DNA from: Eledone cirrhosa
Taxonomy: Eukaryota
DNA: 64,000 bases
Reading direction: 5' to 3'
Assembly: GCA_964016885.1 (NCBI GenBank)
Contig: OZ024766.1
Coordinates: forward strand, 11,718,001 to 11,782,000
Every line of letters begins with the position of its first letter. Position 1 is the stretch's first letter. The translations under genes and the position numbers were made by a program. Shown here one piece after another: positions 1 to 13,882 of the stretch. Under the pieces are notes generated by a model. It saw only the letters and a program-made list of their open reading frames with translations. It had not been told where the DNA came from and searched no databases.

Positions 1-250
1 CACCACCACCACGGACACCACCACACCACCACCACCACCAACGACATCACCACCACCACCATGGACACCACCACACCACCACCACACCACCACCACCACC
101 ACCACCACCAATGACATCACCACCACACCACCACCACACCAACACCACCACCACCAATGATATAACTCTAACCATCTGGTATCGTTTGTATATTTATACC
201 ACATGTCATAACCACTGTAGATTATGACACATCCATACATACACACACAC

Positions 251-289
<39 letters not shown>

Positions 290-477
290 TATGCGTATAT
301 ATAAATACACACATATATACACACACGCACATATATATATATATATATATACACATAAAATACCTACACCAACTCACACACAGGCATACAGACACCAGAC
401 ACATACACATACATATATACACCTACACACACACACATACAGACATATATATATATATATATATACCCCTACACATA

Positions 478-822
478 GAGGCACATGGCTTAGTGGTTAG
501 AGCATTGGGCTTGCAATCGAAAGGTTGTGAGTACAATTCTCAGACCGGGTGATGTGTTGTTTCCTTGAGCAAGACACTTTATTTCACATTGCTCCAGTTT
601 ACTCAGCTGTAGAAATGAGATGATAGGGACTGGGGTCCCTATCATTCCACTGCAAAGTGGTCGTGGAGGTGCCACGGCAAAAAAGCACCCAGCACTCACT
701 GTAAATGGGGTTGGTGTTAGGAAGGGCATCCAGCTGTAGAAATCAAGCCAGAATCAGTTCCCGTCCCACCCTTGCAAGCAGGGGAAAGCGGACGTAAAAT
801 GATGATGATAAAGATGATGATG
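478..822 (+). mobile_element. tRNA-derived SINE (tRNA head, CORE-like body, RTE-type 3' tail, (GAT)n end)
   Basis: A-box TGGCTTAGTGG, B-box-like GT(A/T)CAATTC, CCTTGAGCAAGACACTT core, then the tail shared with the RTE 3' UTR at 45500-45750. Confidence 0.8.
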
Positions 823-1085
823 ATATGTGTATATATATATATATATATATACTGTCCACGCTCTAATGTGGTCGTGTAGGTAACATGGTAAAAAGCTCCC
901 TACCCACACTATAAATGTGGTTGGTGTCAGAAAAGGCATCCAGCTGTAGAAAACCTGCCAAATAGTCCTATATGGGTGAAGACCAATCTTGCCTCAAATG
1001 GGACAATTCCCGTCTAACCCATGCTAGCGTGGAAGATAGACATTAAACCATGATGATGATGAGATATATATATATATATATATAT

Positions 1086-1438
1086 GGAGGCACATGGCTT
1101 AGTGGTTAGAGCATTGACCTTATAATCGAAAGGTTGTGAGTTCAATTCTCAGACTGGGTGATGTGTTGTTTCCTTGAGCAAGACACTTTATTTCACATTG
1201 CTCCAGTTTACTCAGCTGTAGAAATGAGATGATAGGGACTGGGGTCCCTATCATTCCACTGCAAAGTGGTCGTGTAGGTAACACGGTAAAAAGCTCCCAG
1301 CCCACACTGTAAATGTGGTTGGTGTTAGGAAAGGCATCCAGCTGTAGAAAACCTGCCAGATAGTCCTATATGAGTGAGGCACACTCACTCGACCAATGCT
1401 AGTGTGGAAGATAGACATTAAACGATGATGATGATGAG
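1086..1438 (+). mobile_element. tRNA-derived SINE, same family
   Basis: Near-identical head and body to 478-822; (GAT)n tail. Confidence 0.8.
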
Positions 1439-1561
1439 ATTAAAGCGATGAAATGCCTGGGACGGTTGGAGGGTCACTGATGAAGGACTTACTTTTTCAT
1501 ATGCACCACCATTTGCAACGCGCAGCCATCATTATTATCATATTTACATATATATATATAT

Positions 1562-3038
1562 GTATAAGAGGGATAAGTTGTGGTGTGTGAGTGAGAAGAC
1601 TGAGATGGTATGGACATGTGATGTACATGGAGGATGACCGCTGGTATAAGAGGGATAAGTTGTGGTGTGTGAGTGAGAAGACTGAGATGGTATGGACATG
1701 TGATGTACATGGAGGATGACCGCTGGTATAAGAGGGATAAGTTGTGGTGTGTGAGTGAGAAGACTGAGATGGTATGGACATGTGATGTACATGGAGGATG
1801 ACTGCTGGTATAAGAGGGATAAGTTGTGGTGTGTGAGTGAGAAGACTGAGATGGTATGGACATGTGATGTACATGGAGGATGACCGCTGGTATAAGAGGG
1901 ATAAGTTGTGGTGTGTGAGTGAGAAGACTGAGATGGTATGGACATGTGATGTACATGGAGGATGACCGCTGGTATAAGAGGGATAAGTTGTGGTGTGTGA
2001 GTGAGAAGACTGAGATGGTATGGACATGTTATGTACATGGAGGATGACCGCTGGTATAAGAGGGATAAGTTGTGGTGTGTGAGTGAGAAGACTGAGATGG
2101 TATGGACATGTGATGTACATGGAGGATGACCGCTGGTATAAGAGGGATAAGTTGTGGTGTGTGAGTGAGAAGACTGAGATGGTATGGACATGTGATGTAC
2201 ATGGAGGATGACCGCTGGTATAAGAGGGATAAGTTGTGGTGTGTGAGTGAGAAGACTGAGATGGTATGGACATGTGATGTACATGGAGGATGACCGCTGG
2301 TATAAGAGGGATAAGTTGTGGTGTGTGAGTGAGAAGACTGAGATGGTATGGACATGTGATGTACATGGAGGATGACCGCTGGTATAAGAGGGATAAGTTG
2401 TGGTGTGTGAGTGAGAAGACTGAGATGGTATGGACATGTGATTTACATGGAGGATGACCGCTGGTATAAGAGGGATAAGTTGTGGTGTGTGAGTGAGAAG
2501 ACTGAGATGGTATGGACATGTGATGTACATGGAGGATGACCGCTGGTATAAGAGGGATAAGTTGTGGTGTGTGAGTGAGAAGACTGAGATGGTATGGACA
2601 TGTGATTTACATGGAGGATGACCGCTGGTATAAGAGAGATAAGTTGTGGTGTGTGAGTGAGAAGACTGAGATGGTATGGACATGTGATGTACATGGAGGA
2701 TGACCGCTGGTATAAGAGGGATAAGTTGTGGTGTGTGAGTGAGAAGACTGAGATGGTATGGACATGTGATGTACATGGAGGATGACCGCTGGTATAAGAG
2801 GGATAAGTTGTGGTGTGTGAGTGAGAAGACTGAGATGGTATGGACATGTGATGTACATGGAGGATGACCGCTGGTATAAGAGGGATAAGTTGTGGTGTGT
2901 GAGTGAGAAGACTGAGATGGTATGGACATGTGATGTACATGGAGGATGACCGCTGGTATAAGAGGGATAAGTTGTGGTGTGTGAGTGAGAAGACTGAGAT
3001 GGTATGGACATGTGATGTACATGGAGGATGACCGCTGG
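1562..3038 (+). repeat. 82-bp minisatellite (~18 units) derived from RTE LINE ORF2 3' region
   Basis: Period 82 (1563 to 1645). The unit encodes ...RLRWYGHVM... and runs directly into RTE-like sequence (GRRGRGRPRKT) at 3039-3250. Confidence 0.9.
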
Positions 3039-3764
3039 GTAAAGAAGTGCCAAGAAATGCCAGTGGAAGGAAGACGTGGTAGAGGAAGACCACGAAAAAC
3101 ACGGGCGGAGGTGGGAGAGCTGACCCCAGATTGCTGAGGCTCACGGTGGAGATGACGAAGGACCGTGACAAGTGGAGGGATGCTGTGCTGAATAGGACCC
3201 GGCCCATCCTTGCATTCTGGGGAAAGCGGATGTAAAATGATGATGCTGATGATACATATGTGTGTGTGTGTATCATCATCATCATCATCATCATCATCAT
3301 CGTTTAACGTCCATCTTCCACGCTAGCATGGGTTTGGACGGGAATTTTGCCACTTGAGGCAAGATTGGTTGTCTTGCTCTTATAGGACTGTCTGGCAGGT
3401 TTTCTACAGCTGGATGCCCTTCCTAACACCAACCACATTTACAGTGTGGGTCTGGGAGGTTTTTACTGTGTTACCTACACGGCCACATTACAGCGTGGAC
3501 TGTCTGGCGGGTTTTCTACAGCTGGATGTCCTTCCTAACACCAACCACATTTACAGTGTGGGGCTGGGAGGTTTTTACCCTGTTGCCTACACGGCCACAT
3601 TACAGCGTGGACTGTGTGTTTTTTTGTCGTGACACCTACACGACCTCATTTGTTTCGGACTGGATGCTGTGGTACCAACATAACTTTACATTGAAAGGGG
3701 TGGTGTGGATGGGTGGGGGTGTATTTTTGTTAAGAGGAGCCTACTGACTAGGTTTCGCTGTGTA

Positions 3765-3942
3765 TTTGGCAGTATCGGTAGAGGGTTGGACGCCATGCTT
3801 TCTAGCATAGTTACGTCCCTTTACTGTCTGAGTTCAAATCCCGCCGAGGTTAACTTTGCCTTTCATCCTTACGGGGTCGATAAAATAAAGTACCAGTAAT
3901 GTACTGGGTAATTGCTGGCCTTGTGCCTAAAGTAGAAACAAT
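3765..3942 (+). mobile_element. Meta/MESC-domain-type SINE
   Basis: GAGTTCAAATCCCGCCGAGGTTAACTTTGCCTTTCATCCTTACGGGGTCGATAAAATAAAGTACCAG, many copies in the window. Confidence 0.75.
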
Positions 3943-3965
3943 TATATATATATATATATATATAT

Positions 3966-4016
<51 letters not shown>

Positions 4017-4395
4017 TATATCTATATCTATATATAGGAAAAAGTATGACCCCGACGGCAGAGCTCAAGCCGTTTCGACGGCTATTTCTGGACTATGACG
4101 TTAGCCCGCTAAACTACAACACAGTGGGACAGAACCCGCCAGAATTACCACATGGCTGCTAGGCAACCTCCGAAACCCCACAGCCTTGTCTCACCCACCT
4201 TCACCTCACCCCTACCCCTTCCTTAGTTTATGATAGTAATAAACGGTTGCTTGGCAACAGTGTTGTTACGACTGTCCTTCAGTTAATACTGACATTTTTT
4301 TTTTTAATGACCAGCCCTAGTCATAATGTTGGCCTCATTGACAAATTGGTCTACACCTGCCTTTGTGGGTGTGTGTATATATATATATGTATATA

Positions 4396-4443
<48 letters not shown>

Positions 4444-4475
4444 TTTGCAAGCAGGGAAAAGCAGACGTAAAATGA

Positions 4476-4534
<59 letters not shown>

Positions 4535-4640
4535 TGTGTATGTATGTATAAGTATATAAGTATATATATATATATATATATAAAGGTGGTCCCCCCAGCA
4601 TGGCTAACCGGACAGCTGGAACGGGTGAAAGAGTAAAAGA

Positions 4641-4671
<31 letters not shown>

Positions 4672-4768
4672 AATAATAAGATAAGAATTTTATTTATAGC
4701 TCTAGCTCAGCTGATACATAAAAGTAAGTATGCATATGTACACACACACACAAACACATACACACACA

Positions 4769-4798
<30 letters not shown>

Positions 4799-4799
<1 letters not shown>

Positions 4800-5180
4800 C
4801 ATCATCATCATTTTACGTCCGCTTTTTCCCTGCTTGCAAGGGTGGGACAGGAACTGATTCTGGCTTGATTTCTACAGCTGGATGCCCTTCCTAACACCAA
4901 CCTCATTTACAGTGAGTGCTGGGTGCTTTTTTACTGTGGCACCTCCACGACCACTTTGCAGTGTGGGCTGGGTGCTTTTTTGCCGTGGCACCTCCACGAT
5001 CACTTTACAGTGGAATGATAGAGACCCCAGTCCCTATCATCTCATTTCTACAGCTGAGTAAACTGGAGCAATGTGAAATAAAGTGTCTTGCTCAAGGAAA
5101 CAACACATCACCCGGTCTGACAATTGAACTCACAACCTTTCGATTGCAAGGCCAATGCTCTAAACACTAGGCTATGTGCC
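4799..5180 (-). mobile_element. tRNA-derived SINE with RTE tail
   Basis: Reverse complement of the family at 478-822. Confidence 0.8.
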
Positions 5181-5283
<103 letters not shown>

Positions 5284-5970
5284 GGTTACACAACAGTTCA
5301 CCATACCGAGAACAATGGTTTCACCTTAGCAGATCCTCAGCTCGTAGTATATATACATATATATATACACTGTAAATGTGGTTGGTGTTAGGAAGGGCAT
5401 CCAGCTGTAGAAAACCTGCTAGACAGTCCACGCTGTAATGTGGCCGTGTAGGCAACACGGTAAAAACCTCCCAGTCCACACTGTAAATGTGGTTGGTGTT
5501 AGGAAGGGCATCCAGCCGTAGAAAACCCGCCAGACAGTCCTATGCGAGCAAGACAACCACTCTTGCCTCAAGTGGGAAAACTCCCGTCCAAACCCATGCA
5601 AGCATGGAACACGGACGTTAAACGATGATGATGATGATGATACACACACACGCACACATATATATGTATATATATACACACATGCTGACACATACGTACG
5701 TATGGTTTATATCGAACATTAGTCGTAATGTTTGATTCGTTTGTGCACAAACGGTCCATTTAGAAGCTGTGCCGGTGACCGATAGCCACCGGTTTGTTCA
5801 ACACTGGCTTTGAGGAACAATCAACATGTTTCTGGGTCATTATCCTTCATCAGGTCTGTATACCTCTCTGCCAGTCTGTTGAACAGTTAAAAATATATAG
5901 CATTTTCTTAAGTATACATCGTATATATATATAATCATAATCGTCATCATCATTTTACGTTCATTTATAT

Positions 5971-6005
<35 letters not shown>

Positions 6006-6562
6006 TTACGTATAACACGGAGTGACTAGGCTCTGTGGAGCTTATACTGCAGTCTATTTATTAAGCTCTGAGGATTCCTACCAAAAGGTATGGATGAAAC
6101 ATTGTAAGCAAATAAAGACTGTTTGAGTATGTAAGCGTTCTTTGGTTTCCTTTAAATATATATGTATATATATATATATGTATTGAAGTTTCCGTTGGAA
6201 TTGAAAAAGTCATAGGAGTGAAGAGTGCTCTATGTAAGTACCAGAGCAAAATTTAATGTATAATAAACAATACAATATAATTACCTCCTTACCAGAGGTT
6301 TCCCGAATAAGACGAATACGAAAGAAACGTCTCCACTCGTTCGTCGGACAAGGCAATATAAAACATATACGTCCATTTATATATATATATACATATATAT
6401 GTCCATTTATATATATATATATATAAGCAAAAGGGATATTTAATTTGTTGGTAATTCAACAAATATATATGTTTATAACTGATTCAAAGCACTCAACAAG
6501 TTTTCTGGAGTATAATATCAATGATATTAAATAAATGGAAACTATATTTATAAAACCATATT

Positions 6563-6623
6563 TATTCTATTATATATATTTCAAAGGTACCAAAACTTTG
6601 GTACGCCCTCATCAGATAAAATA
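6563..6623 (-). ncRNA. minimal type I hammerhead ribozyme motif (Penelope-like fragment)
   Basis: Minus strand: UAUUUUAU-CUGAUGA-GGGCGUACCAAAG..UUUGGUACCUUU-GAAA-UAUAUA-UA-AUAGAAUA (stem I, core, stem II, palindromic stem III). Confidence 0.7.
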
Positions 6624-6789
6624 CAAAGTTTGTTTCATAAATAATGACATATCCAGGAAGGAGATCTTCACGGTTCAAGTTTTACCTGGGTAGTAAAAGG
6701 AAAGAGGGGGAAAGAGAGGAAAAGTCAAATATTTCAAATTATTAAGATGAATATTATATACGTCCATTTATATATATATATATAGATAT

Positions 6790-6998
6790 AGAAACCAGTA
6801 AGACCCCGACGGCTGAGCTCAAGCCATTTCGACGGCTAATTCTGGACGGCTAATAGCGTCCAGAATTAGCCGTCGGAACGGCTTGAGCTCAGCCGTCGGG
6901 ATCTTACTGGTTCCTATTACCCACTCTACTACCCCAAGTATTGAGTACTCTGGTGCGTTATGGTCCACCTGGTTCCTTACCACATTTCCTTCGTTATA
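6790..6998. mobile_element. fold-back interspersed element (GACCCCGACGGC...GCCGTCGGGG family)
   Basis: Inverted arms of ~55-60 bp plus a one-sided extension; related copies at 4036, 17118, 41986 and 63466, all in (TA)n. Confidence 0.7.
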
Positions 6999-7334
6999 TA
7001 GAGAGAGATATAGATACGAGCGGGTTTCGAAAAGTTCGTGGGAAAATGACATTTGGACAAAAACGGTTTACTCTTTAACATTTAAACCAGAATTCTCTCC
7101 CCTTTTTCTGTCCAAACCAGCTGTAACCGGCCACTCATACCAATGATGAGGTAGTGTTCTCAAAATTTATAATGTCAAATTCTCACACTTCCACACTGAC
7201 ATGGGTTAGACGGGTTGCCCTGTTGTGGGCAATGCCAGGTCAGGTGACCAGGTCTTGCTCATACAGAACTGATTTTGGCTTGGTTTCTACAGCTGGTTGC
7301 CCTTATTAACGCCAACCTCATTTACAGTGTGTGT

Positions 7335-8688
7335 TTTAATGATAGGGACCCCAGTCCTATCATGTTGTTAAACCCCACACCTATGTAGGTTTAGCTGGCC
7401 TCCTACAAGGTTGTATCTCATAAGAGGTTTCTTGGGCGTTTTAATGATAGGGGACCCCCCCCCCCAGTCCTATCATGTTGTGACATCTCACACCTATGTA
7501 GGTTTAGCTGGCCTCCTACAAGGTTGTGTCTCATCGGAGGTTTCTTGGGAGTTGTAATGATAGGGACCCCAGTTTTGTCATATTACATCTCACAGCTATG
7601 TAGGTTTAGCTGGCCTCCTACAGGGTTGTATCTCATAAGAGGTTTCTTGGGCGTTTTAATGATAGGGACCCCAGTCCTATCATGTTGTTAAAGCCCACAC
7701 CTATGTAGGTTTAGCTGGCCTCCTACAGGGTTGTATCTCATAAGAGGTTTCTTGGGCGTTTTAATGATAGGGACCCTAGTCCTATCATGTTGTGACAGCT
7801 CACACCTATGTAGGTTTAGCTGGCCTCCTACAGGGTTGTATCTCATAAGAGGTTTCTTGGGTGTTTTAATGATAGGGACCCTAGTCCTATCATGTTGTGA
7901 CAGCTCACACCTATGTAGGTTTAGCTGGCCTCCTACAAGGTTGTATCTCATAAGAGGTTTCTTGGGCGTTTTAATGATAGGGACCCCAGTCCTATCATGT
8001 TGTGACAGCCCACACCTATGTAGGTTTAGCTGGCCTCCTACAGGGTTGTATCTCATAAGAGGTTTCTTGGGTGTTTTAATGATAGGGACCCCAGTCCTAT
8101 CATGTTGTGACAGCCCACACCTATGTAAGTTTAACTGGCCTCCTACAGGGTTGTATCTCATAAGAGGTTTCTTGGGCGTTTTAATGATAGGGACCCCAGT
8201 CCTATCATGTTGTTACAGCCCACACCTATGTAGGTTTAGCTGGCCTCCTACAAGGTTGTATCTCATAGGAGGTTTCTTGGGCGTTTTAATGATAGGGACC
8301 CCAGTCCTATCATGTTGTGACAGCCCACACCTATGTAGGTTTAGCTGGCTTCCTACAAGGTTGTATCTCATAGGAGGTTTCTTGGGCGTTTTAATGATAG
8401 GGACCCCAGTCCTATCATGTTGTGACAGCCCACAACTATGTAGGTTTAGCTGGCCTCCTACAGGGTTGTATCTCATAGGAGATTTCTAGGGTGTTTTAAT
8501 GATAGGGACCCCAGTCCTATCATGTTGTGACAGTTCACACCTATGTAGGTTTAGCTGGCCTCCTATAAGGTTGTATCTCATAAGAGGTTTCTTGGGTGTT
8601 TTAATGATAGGGACCCCAGTCCTATCATGTTGTGACATCTCACCCCTATGTAGGTTTAGCTGGCCTCCTACAGGGTTGTATCTCATCA
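7335..8688. repeat. 105-bp minisatellite (~13 units) inside a minus-strand SINE
   Basis: Period 105 (7651 to 7756). Unit matches the SINE body at 47850-47950; RTE tail to the left and tRNA head (8690-8810) to the right. Confidence 0.9.
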
Positions 8689-9419
8689 TGAGAAAGCAAT
8701 GTGAAATGAAGTGTCTTTCTCAAGAAATAAAACACGACCTCGCCTGCTCCAGAATTTGAACTCACGGTCATCCGATTGCGTGTGTAACAGACGAACCACT
8801 AGGCCACACTCTTTCACTGAACTAGCTGGGGTACACCCAGTGCACATATTCCTCCCACACCCTCACTACCCCCTAGGGGTAGGGCAGGGGGTGCAGTAGA
8901 GGTTTTACTTGTTTTAGCACCTGGTAGGAGGTTTCTTGACTGATATCACCTTACCTATTCAACGTGGGCATCTGGGGTAGGGTGAAAGGGAGAATTCAGT
9001 CCGTTATCACCAGGGTAGCTACAGTTTACTGTAGCAGGGGTAGGGGTAGTCGTGGTAGTGGTGACTTTCGTGGGGGTAGATCTTGGGTTTCATATGTGGG
9101 TAGTGGTGTTGGTGATTGGGGGGGACAGTAATCAGGGTGGTAGTGGAGGTGGTGGTGGTGGTGGTGGTTTATGGGGTAGATCTTGGGTTTCATATGTGGG
9201 TAGTGGTGTTGGTGTTGGGGTGACAGTAGTCAGGGTGGTAGTGGTGACTTTTGTGGGGTAGATCTTGGGTTTCATATGTGGGTAGTGGTGTTGGTGATTG
9301 GGGGGGGACAGTAGTCAGGGTGGTAGTGGAGGTGGTGGTGGTTTATGGGGTAGATCTTGGGTTTCATGTATGGGTGGGGGGGGAGTATTTTTCGTGATGG
9401 TGGTTGTGGTGAAAGTGGT

Positions 9420-9880
9420 ACTAGTAGTTGTGGTGGTAGTAGTAGCAGCAGCAGTGGTGGTGGTAGTAGTGGTAGTGGTAGTAGTAGTAGTAGTAGTAGC
9501 AGTGGTGGTGGTAGTAGTGGTAGTGGTAGTAGTAGTGTAGTAGTAGTGGTGGTGGTGGTGGTAGTAGCGGTGGTGGTAGTAGTAATAGTAGTGGTGGTGG
9601 TGGTGGTAGTAGTGGTGGTGGTAGCAGCAGCAGTGGTGGTGGTGGTAGCATCAGTAGTAGCAGCAGCAGCAGTGGTGGTAGCAGCAGTAGTAGTAGTAGT
9701 AGTGGTGGTGGTGGTCACAGTATAGAATGTTGATACAGTCTTCAGTTACAACATACCATGTCACTGGTTACTTCCTGTCACATCAGTAACACTACACCTG
9801 TCTGTCTGTCTGTCTGTCTGTCTCTCTGTCTCTCTGTCTGTCTGTCTCTCTGTCTGTCTGTCTCTCTGTCTCTCTGTCTC

Positions 9881-9911
<31 letters not shown>

Positions 9912-9978
9912 GTCTCTCTGTCTGTCGGTCTGTCTCTCTCTGTCTCTTTCTCTGTATGTCTGTCTGTCTGTCTGTCTC

Positions 9979-10009
<31 letters not shown>

Positions 10010-10064
10010 GTCTCTCTGTCTGTCGGTCTCTCTTTCTCTGTATGTCTGTCTGTCTGTCTGTCTC

Positions 10065-10103
<39 letters not shown>

Positions 10104-10184
10104 GTCTCTCTGTCTGTCTGTCTCTCTGTCTGTCTGTCTGTCTGTCTCTCTGTCTCTCTGTCTGTCTGTCTGTCTCTCTGTCTC

Positions 10185-10227
<43 letters not shown>

Positions 10228-10296
10228 GTCTGTCTGTCTGTCTGTCTCTCTGTCTCTCTGTCTGTCGGTCTCTCTCTCTCTGTCTCTTTCTCTGTA

Positions 10297-10333
<37 letters not shown>

Positions 10334-10545
10334 GTCTGTCTATCTGTCTCTATGTCTGTCTGTCTGTCTGTCTGTCTCTCTGTCTCTCTGTCTGTCTCTC
10401 TGTCTCTCTGTATGTCTCTCTGTCTTTGTCTGTCTGTCTGTCTGTCACTCTGTCTTTGTCTGTCTGTCTGTCTGTCACTCTGTCTTTGTCTGTCTGTCTG
10501 TCTGTCACTCTGTCTTTGTCTATCTATCTATCTATCTTATCTATC
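9420..10545. repeat. (GTA/GTG/GCA)n then (TCTG/TC)n simple repeats
   Basis: Direct inspection. Confidence 0.9.
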
Positions 10546-10549
10546 CATC

Positions 10550-11603
10550 TGTGATAACATTTTACACGTTTTTATTGTATGTAAACTTCCCCCTTTGTAT
10601 TTGTCCCCTTCTTTTGTACCCCTGTGGCTAATAAAGAAATCTATCTTATCTATCTATCTATCTATCGGGTTTTCCTTTGTGTGATAGCTATGGTGAAAGA
10701 GGTTATATGGTGGACGAGGTTAAAAGGGCTGAGGTCAGACACCTTTCTCTCCGACCAACAACTGATTCTTTTTCTCAAATACCACTTTGGAAGAAGAGTC
10801 AGGATGGAGAGAGAGGTGCTGTACCCCAGCAAGTTTTATGAAAGGTGGGTGAAAGTGGCGAGAATGGCCCCAATGGTTGGGCCTTCTCACTATATCAGCC
10901 TGTAGGTTGAGGAAAAGGAGGAAGAGAGGATAGGGGTACAAACTCTTCGTACTCCTGGAGATGAGGGTTGCACATTTTTGGGGGGGTATGTGTTACCCGT
11001 ATGTAATGTCTCCCCCCATTGGGGAAAATCGATTAATTTTAAAATTACATTTGTGATAGTATTTTACAATTTTTTTTATTGTATGTAAACTTCCCCCTTT
11101 GTATTTGTCCCCTTCTTTTGTGCCCCTCTGGCTAATAAAGAAACATATCTACTTTGGCCCAAGTGAATGGGCCTTCTCTCTCTATCAGCCTGTAGGTTGA
11201 GTAAAAGGAGGAGGAGAGGAAAGGAGTACAAACTCTTTGTACTCCTGGAGATGAGGGCTGCACATTTTTTCGGGGGTATGTGTTACCCATATGTAATGTC
11301 TCCCCCTATTGGGGAAAATCTACTAATTTTTTAAATTGCATTTGTGATAGTATTTTACACGTTTTTATTGTATGTAAACTTCCCCCTTTGTATTTGTCGC
11401 CTTCTTGTGTGCCCCTATGGCTAATAAAGAAACCTATCTATCTATCTTTCTGCCTGTCTGTCTGTCTGTCACTCTGTCAGTTTGTCTGTCTATCTCTTTA
11501 GAAGGAGAATCAGAGTGGAGAGAGAGGCACTGCACCCCAGTAAATTTACTGAAAGGTGGGTGGATGTAGCAAAAATGGCCCCAGTGATTGGGCCTTCTCT
11601 GCC
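10550..11603 (+). mobile_element. L1/Tx1-type LINE 3' fragments, partly tandem
   Basis: ORF2-like C-terminus VKEVIWWTRLKGL...F..RW (10666-10905); 3' UTR ending AATAAAGAAA repeated at ~10630, 11134 and 11423, each followed by (TCTA)-type sequence. Confidence 0.65.
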
Positions 11604-11844
11604 TATCTGTCTATCTATCTATCTATCTCTCTGACTACCTCTCTATAGGTCTGACTATCTCTCTCTCTCTATCTAGCTATATAAAATGTACTTAGAATGT
11701 AAAGACAATATGTAAATGAGATGTGAACTGGTGGCTTGTCTGGAATGTGGCCATGCTTCAGTGCAGTCCAACCCTTAGTAGCAAGGAAAGTGGCTGTGAT
11801 GTGATGACTATGATAATGGCTGAATTGGCAGTAAGGGCGGTGAA

Positions 11845-12252
11845 TTGGCAGTAAGGGTAGAGAGTGGAGCACCATGCTTTGCAGCACAGAGTTACGGCCC
11901 TTTACGGTCTGAGTTCAAATCCCGCCGAGGTTAACTTTGCCTTTCATCCTTGCGGGGTCGATAAAATAAAGTACCAGTCACGCACTGGGGTCAATTTAAT
12001 CGACTTTCCCCTCCCTCCAAATTGCTGACCTTGTGCCTATATAAGAAACCATTATATTTACTATATGTGGATTGGCAGTATCGGTAGAGGGTCGCACGAC
12101 ATGCTGTGCAGCATAGAGTTACGGCCCTTTATGGTCTGAGTTCAAATCCCGCCGAGGTTAACTTTGCCTTTCATCCTTACGGGGTCGATAAAATAAAGTA
12201 CCAGTAATACACTGGGGTAATTGCTGGCCTTGTCCCTAACGTAGAAACAATT
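11845..12252 (+). mobile_element. two tandem Meta-domain-type SINEs
   Basis: Two copies of the GAGTTCAAATCCCGCCGAGG...GTACCAG domain. Confidence 0.75.
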
Positions 12253-12388
12253 ATTACAACAATATGACTCTCCCCAAGTATACCAATATATATATATATA
12301 TATATGCACACACACATACACATATATATACACAATGCATATATATATTTCAGCCACCCTAAGCCACACCCTGACCGTCTATTATTAC

Positions 12389-12420
<32 letters not shown>

Positions 12421-12510
12421 CACATACACATATATGTATATATACACAACACATATATACATTTCAGCCACCCTAAGCCACACCCTGACCGTCTATTATT
12501 ACTATATATA

Positions 12511-12846
12511 TCATCATCATTTCATTTTACGTCCACTTTTCCCTGCTTGCAAGGGTGGGACGGGAACTGATTCTGGCTTGATTTCTACAGCTGGATGCCC
12601 TTCCTAACACCAACCTCATTTACAGTGAGTGCTGGGTGCTTTTTTGCCGTGGCACCTCCACGACCACTTTGCAGTGGAATGATAGGGACTGGGGTCCCTA
12701 TCATCTCATTTCTACAGCTGAGTAAACTGGAGCAATGTGAAATAAAGTGTCTTGCTCAAGGAAACAACACATCACCCGGTCTGAGAATTGAACTCACAAC
12801 CTTTCGATTGCAAGGCCAATGGTCTAACCACTAAGCCACGTGCCTA
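12511..12846 (-). mobile_element. tRNA-derived SINE with RTE tail
   Basis: Reverse complement of the family at 478-822. Confidence 0.8.
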
Positions 12847-13515
12847 TATATATAGTAATAATAATAAATGTGAAGACTAAAATCCAAAGAGGGCTCGGTA
12901 AGGATAAATATATATCAGATATATAAGAACCCTAGAGCAAATATTTATTAAAATAACAGATTAAAGTTTAAGCAAAGAATCGTTGGGGTTTCAGAAGATC
13001 CCGTTTAGGGTGAAAGCAGCGATTCTTTGCTTAAACTTTAATCTGTTATTTTAATAAATATATATATATATATATATAGAAAAAAAGATGAAATCGAAAA
13101 TGCAACTGGAGTCTTATTTAAAAAAAAATATATATATTTATTTGGTTCCTTTACCGGTTTCGCAGTTCTTCTGCTTTTCAAAAGTAGAGTTGAGATGGAG
13201 GGTCTGTGGTTTAAACCGGTAAAGGAACCAAATAAATATATATATTTAAAAAAAAATAAGACTCCAGTTGCATTTTCGATTTCATCTTTTTTTCTTTATA
13301 CTTTCACTCGTGTAGGACACCTGGTTATTTTTCATTTTGTTAAAAAAAACCTCACTTTCTAATAAATATATATATATATATATATAGCGGCGATGAATTA
13401 GTTTTGCGAGGTTTTTTATATGAAATCGTGTGTCGAAACAGATATTGTTATATTTGGGGAGGGTCATATTTGCGTAATATTGCCAGAATTAATAACAGAA
13501 TTAATAACAGAACAC

Positions 13516-13547
<32 letters not shown>

Positions 13548-13840
13548 GTAGACATACAACACAACAGGAGGAACAATGAATATAACACCACTGACGATGT
13601 TGTAGATGTGCAACGAAAGATTTATGTAAATTATGTAAACTATATATATATGTGTTTGTCTATATTGTATCTGTATTATTTTTGACCGCCGGTCAGTCAA
13701 TGGCAACATTGAGGACCGAGTAAGTTTGATCGCAGATATATATATATAAAAGACAGCGAGAAGCGAAAACCAACCAAACAGTGAGTGTGTTCTGTTATTA
13801 ATTCTGGCAATATTACGCAAATATGACCCTCCCCAAATAT

Positions 13841-13882
<42 letters not shown>

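Noticed and set aside
480-555. tRNA-like sequences with A/B boxes
   Set aside because: SINE heads continuing into CORE-like bodies; no complete acceptor stem.
1470-1500. CTGATGA motifs at ~1477, 5837 (minus), 14477 and 17527; CAGAAGA at ~12992
   Set aside because: Missing GAAA half, unpaired stem I or mutated core; at best decayed hammerheads, so not annotated.
1489-3300. ORFs of 300-500 aa with repeated His/Ser/Pro motifs (also 7688-8759, 35173-38706, 57136-62777)
   Set aside because: Stop-free frames of tandem DNA arrays derived from transposon fragments; no splice or codon evidence.
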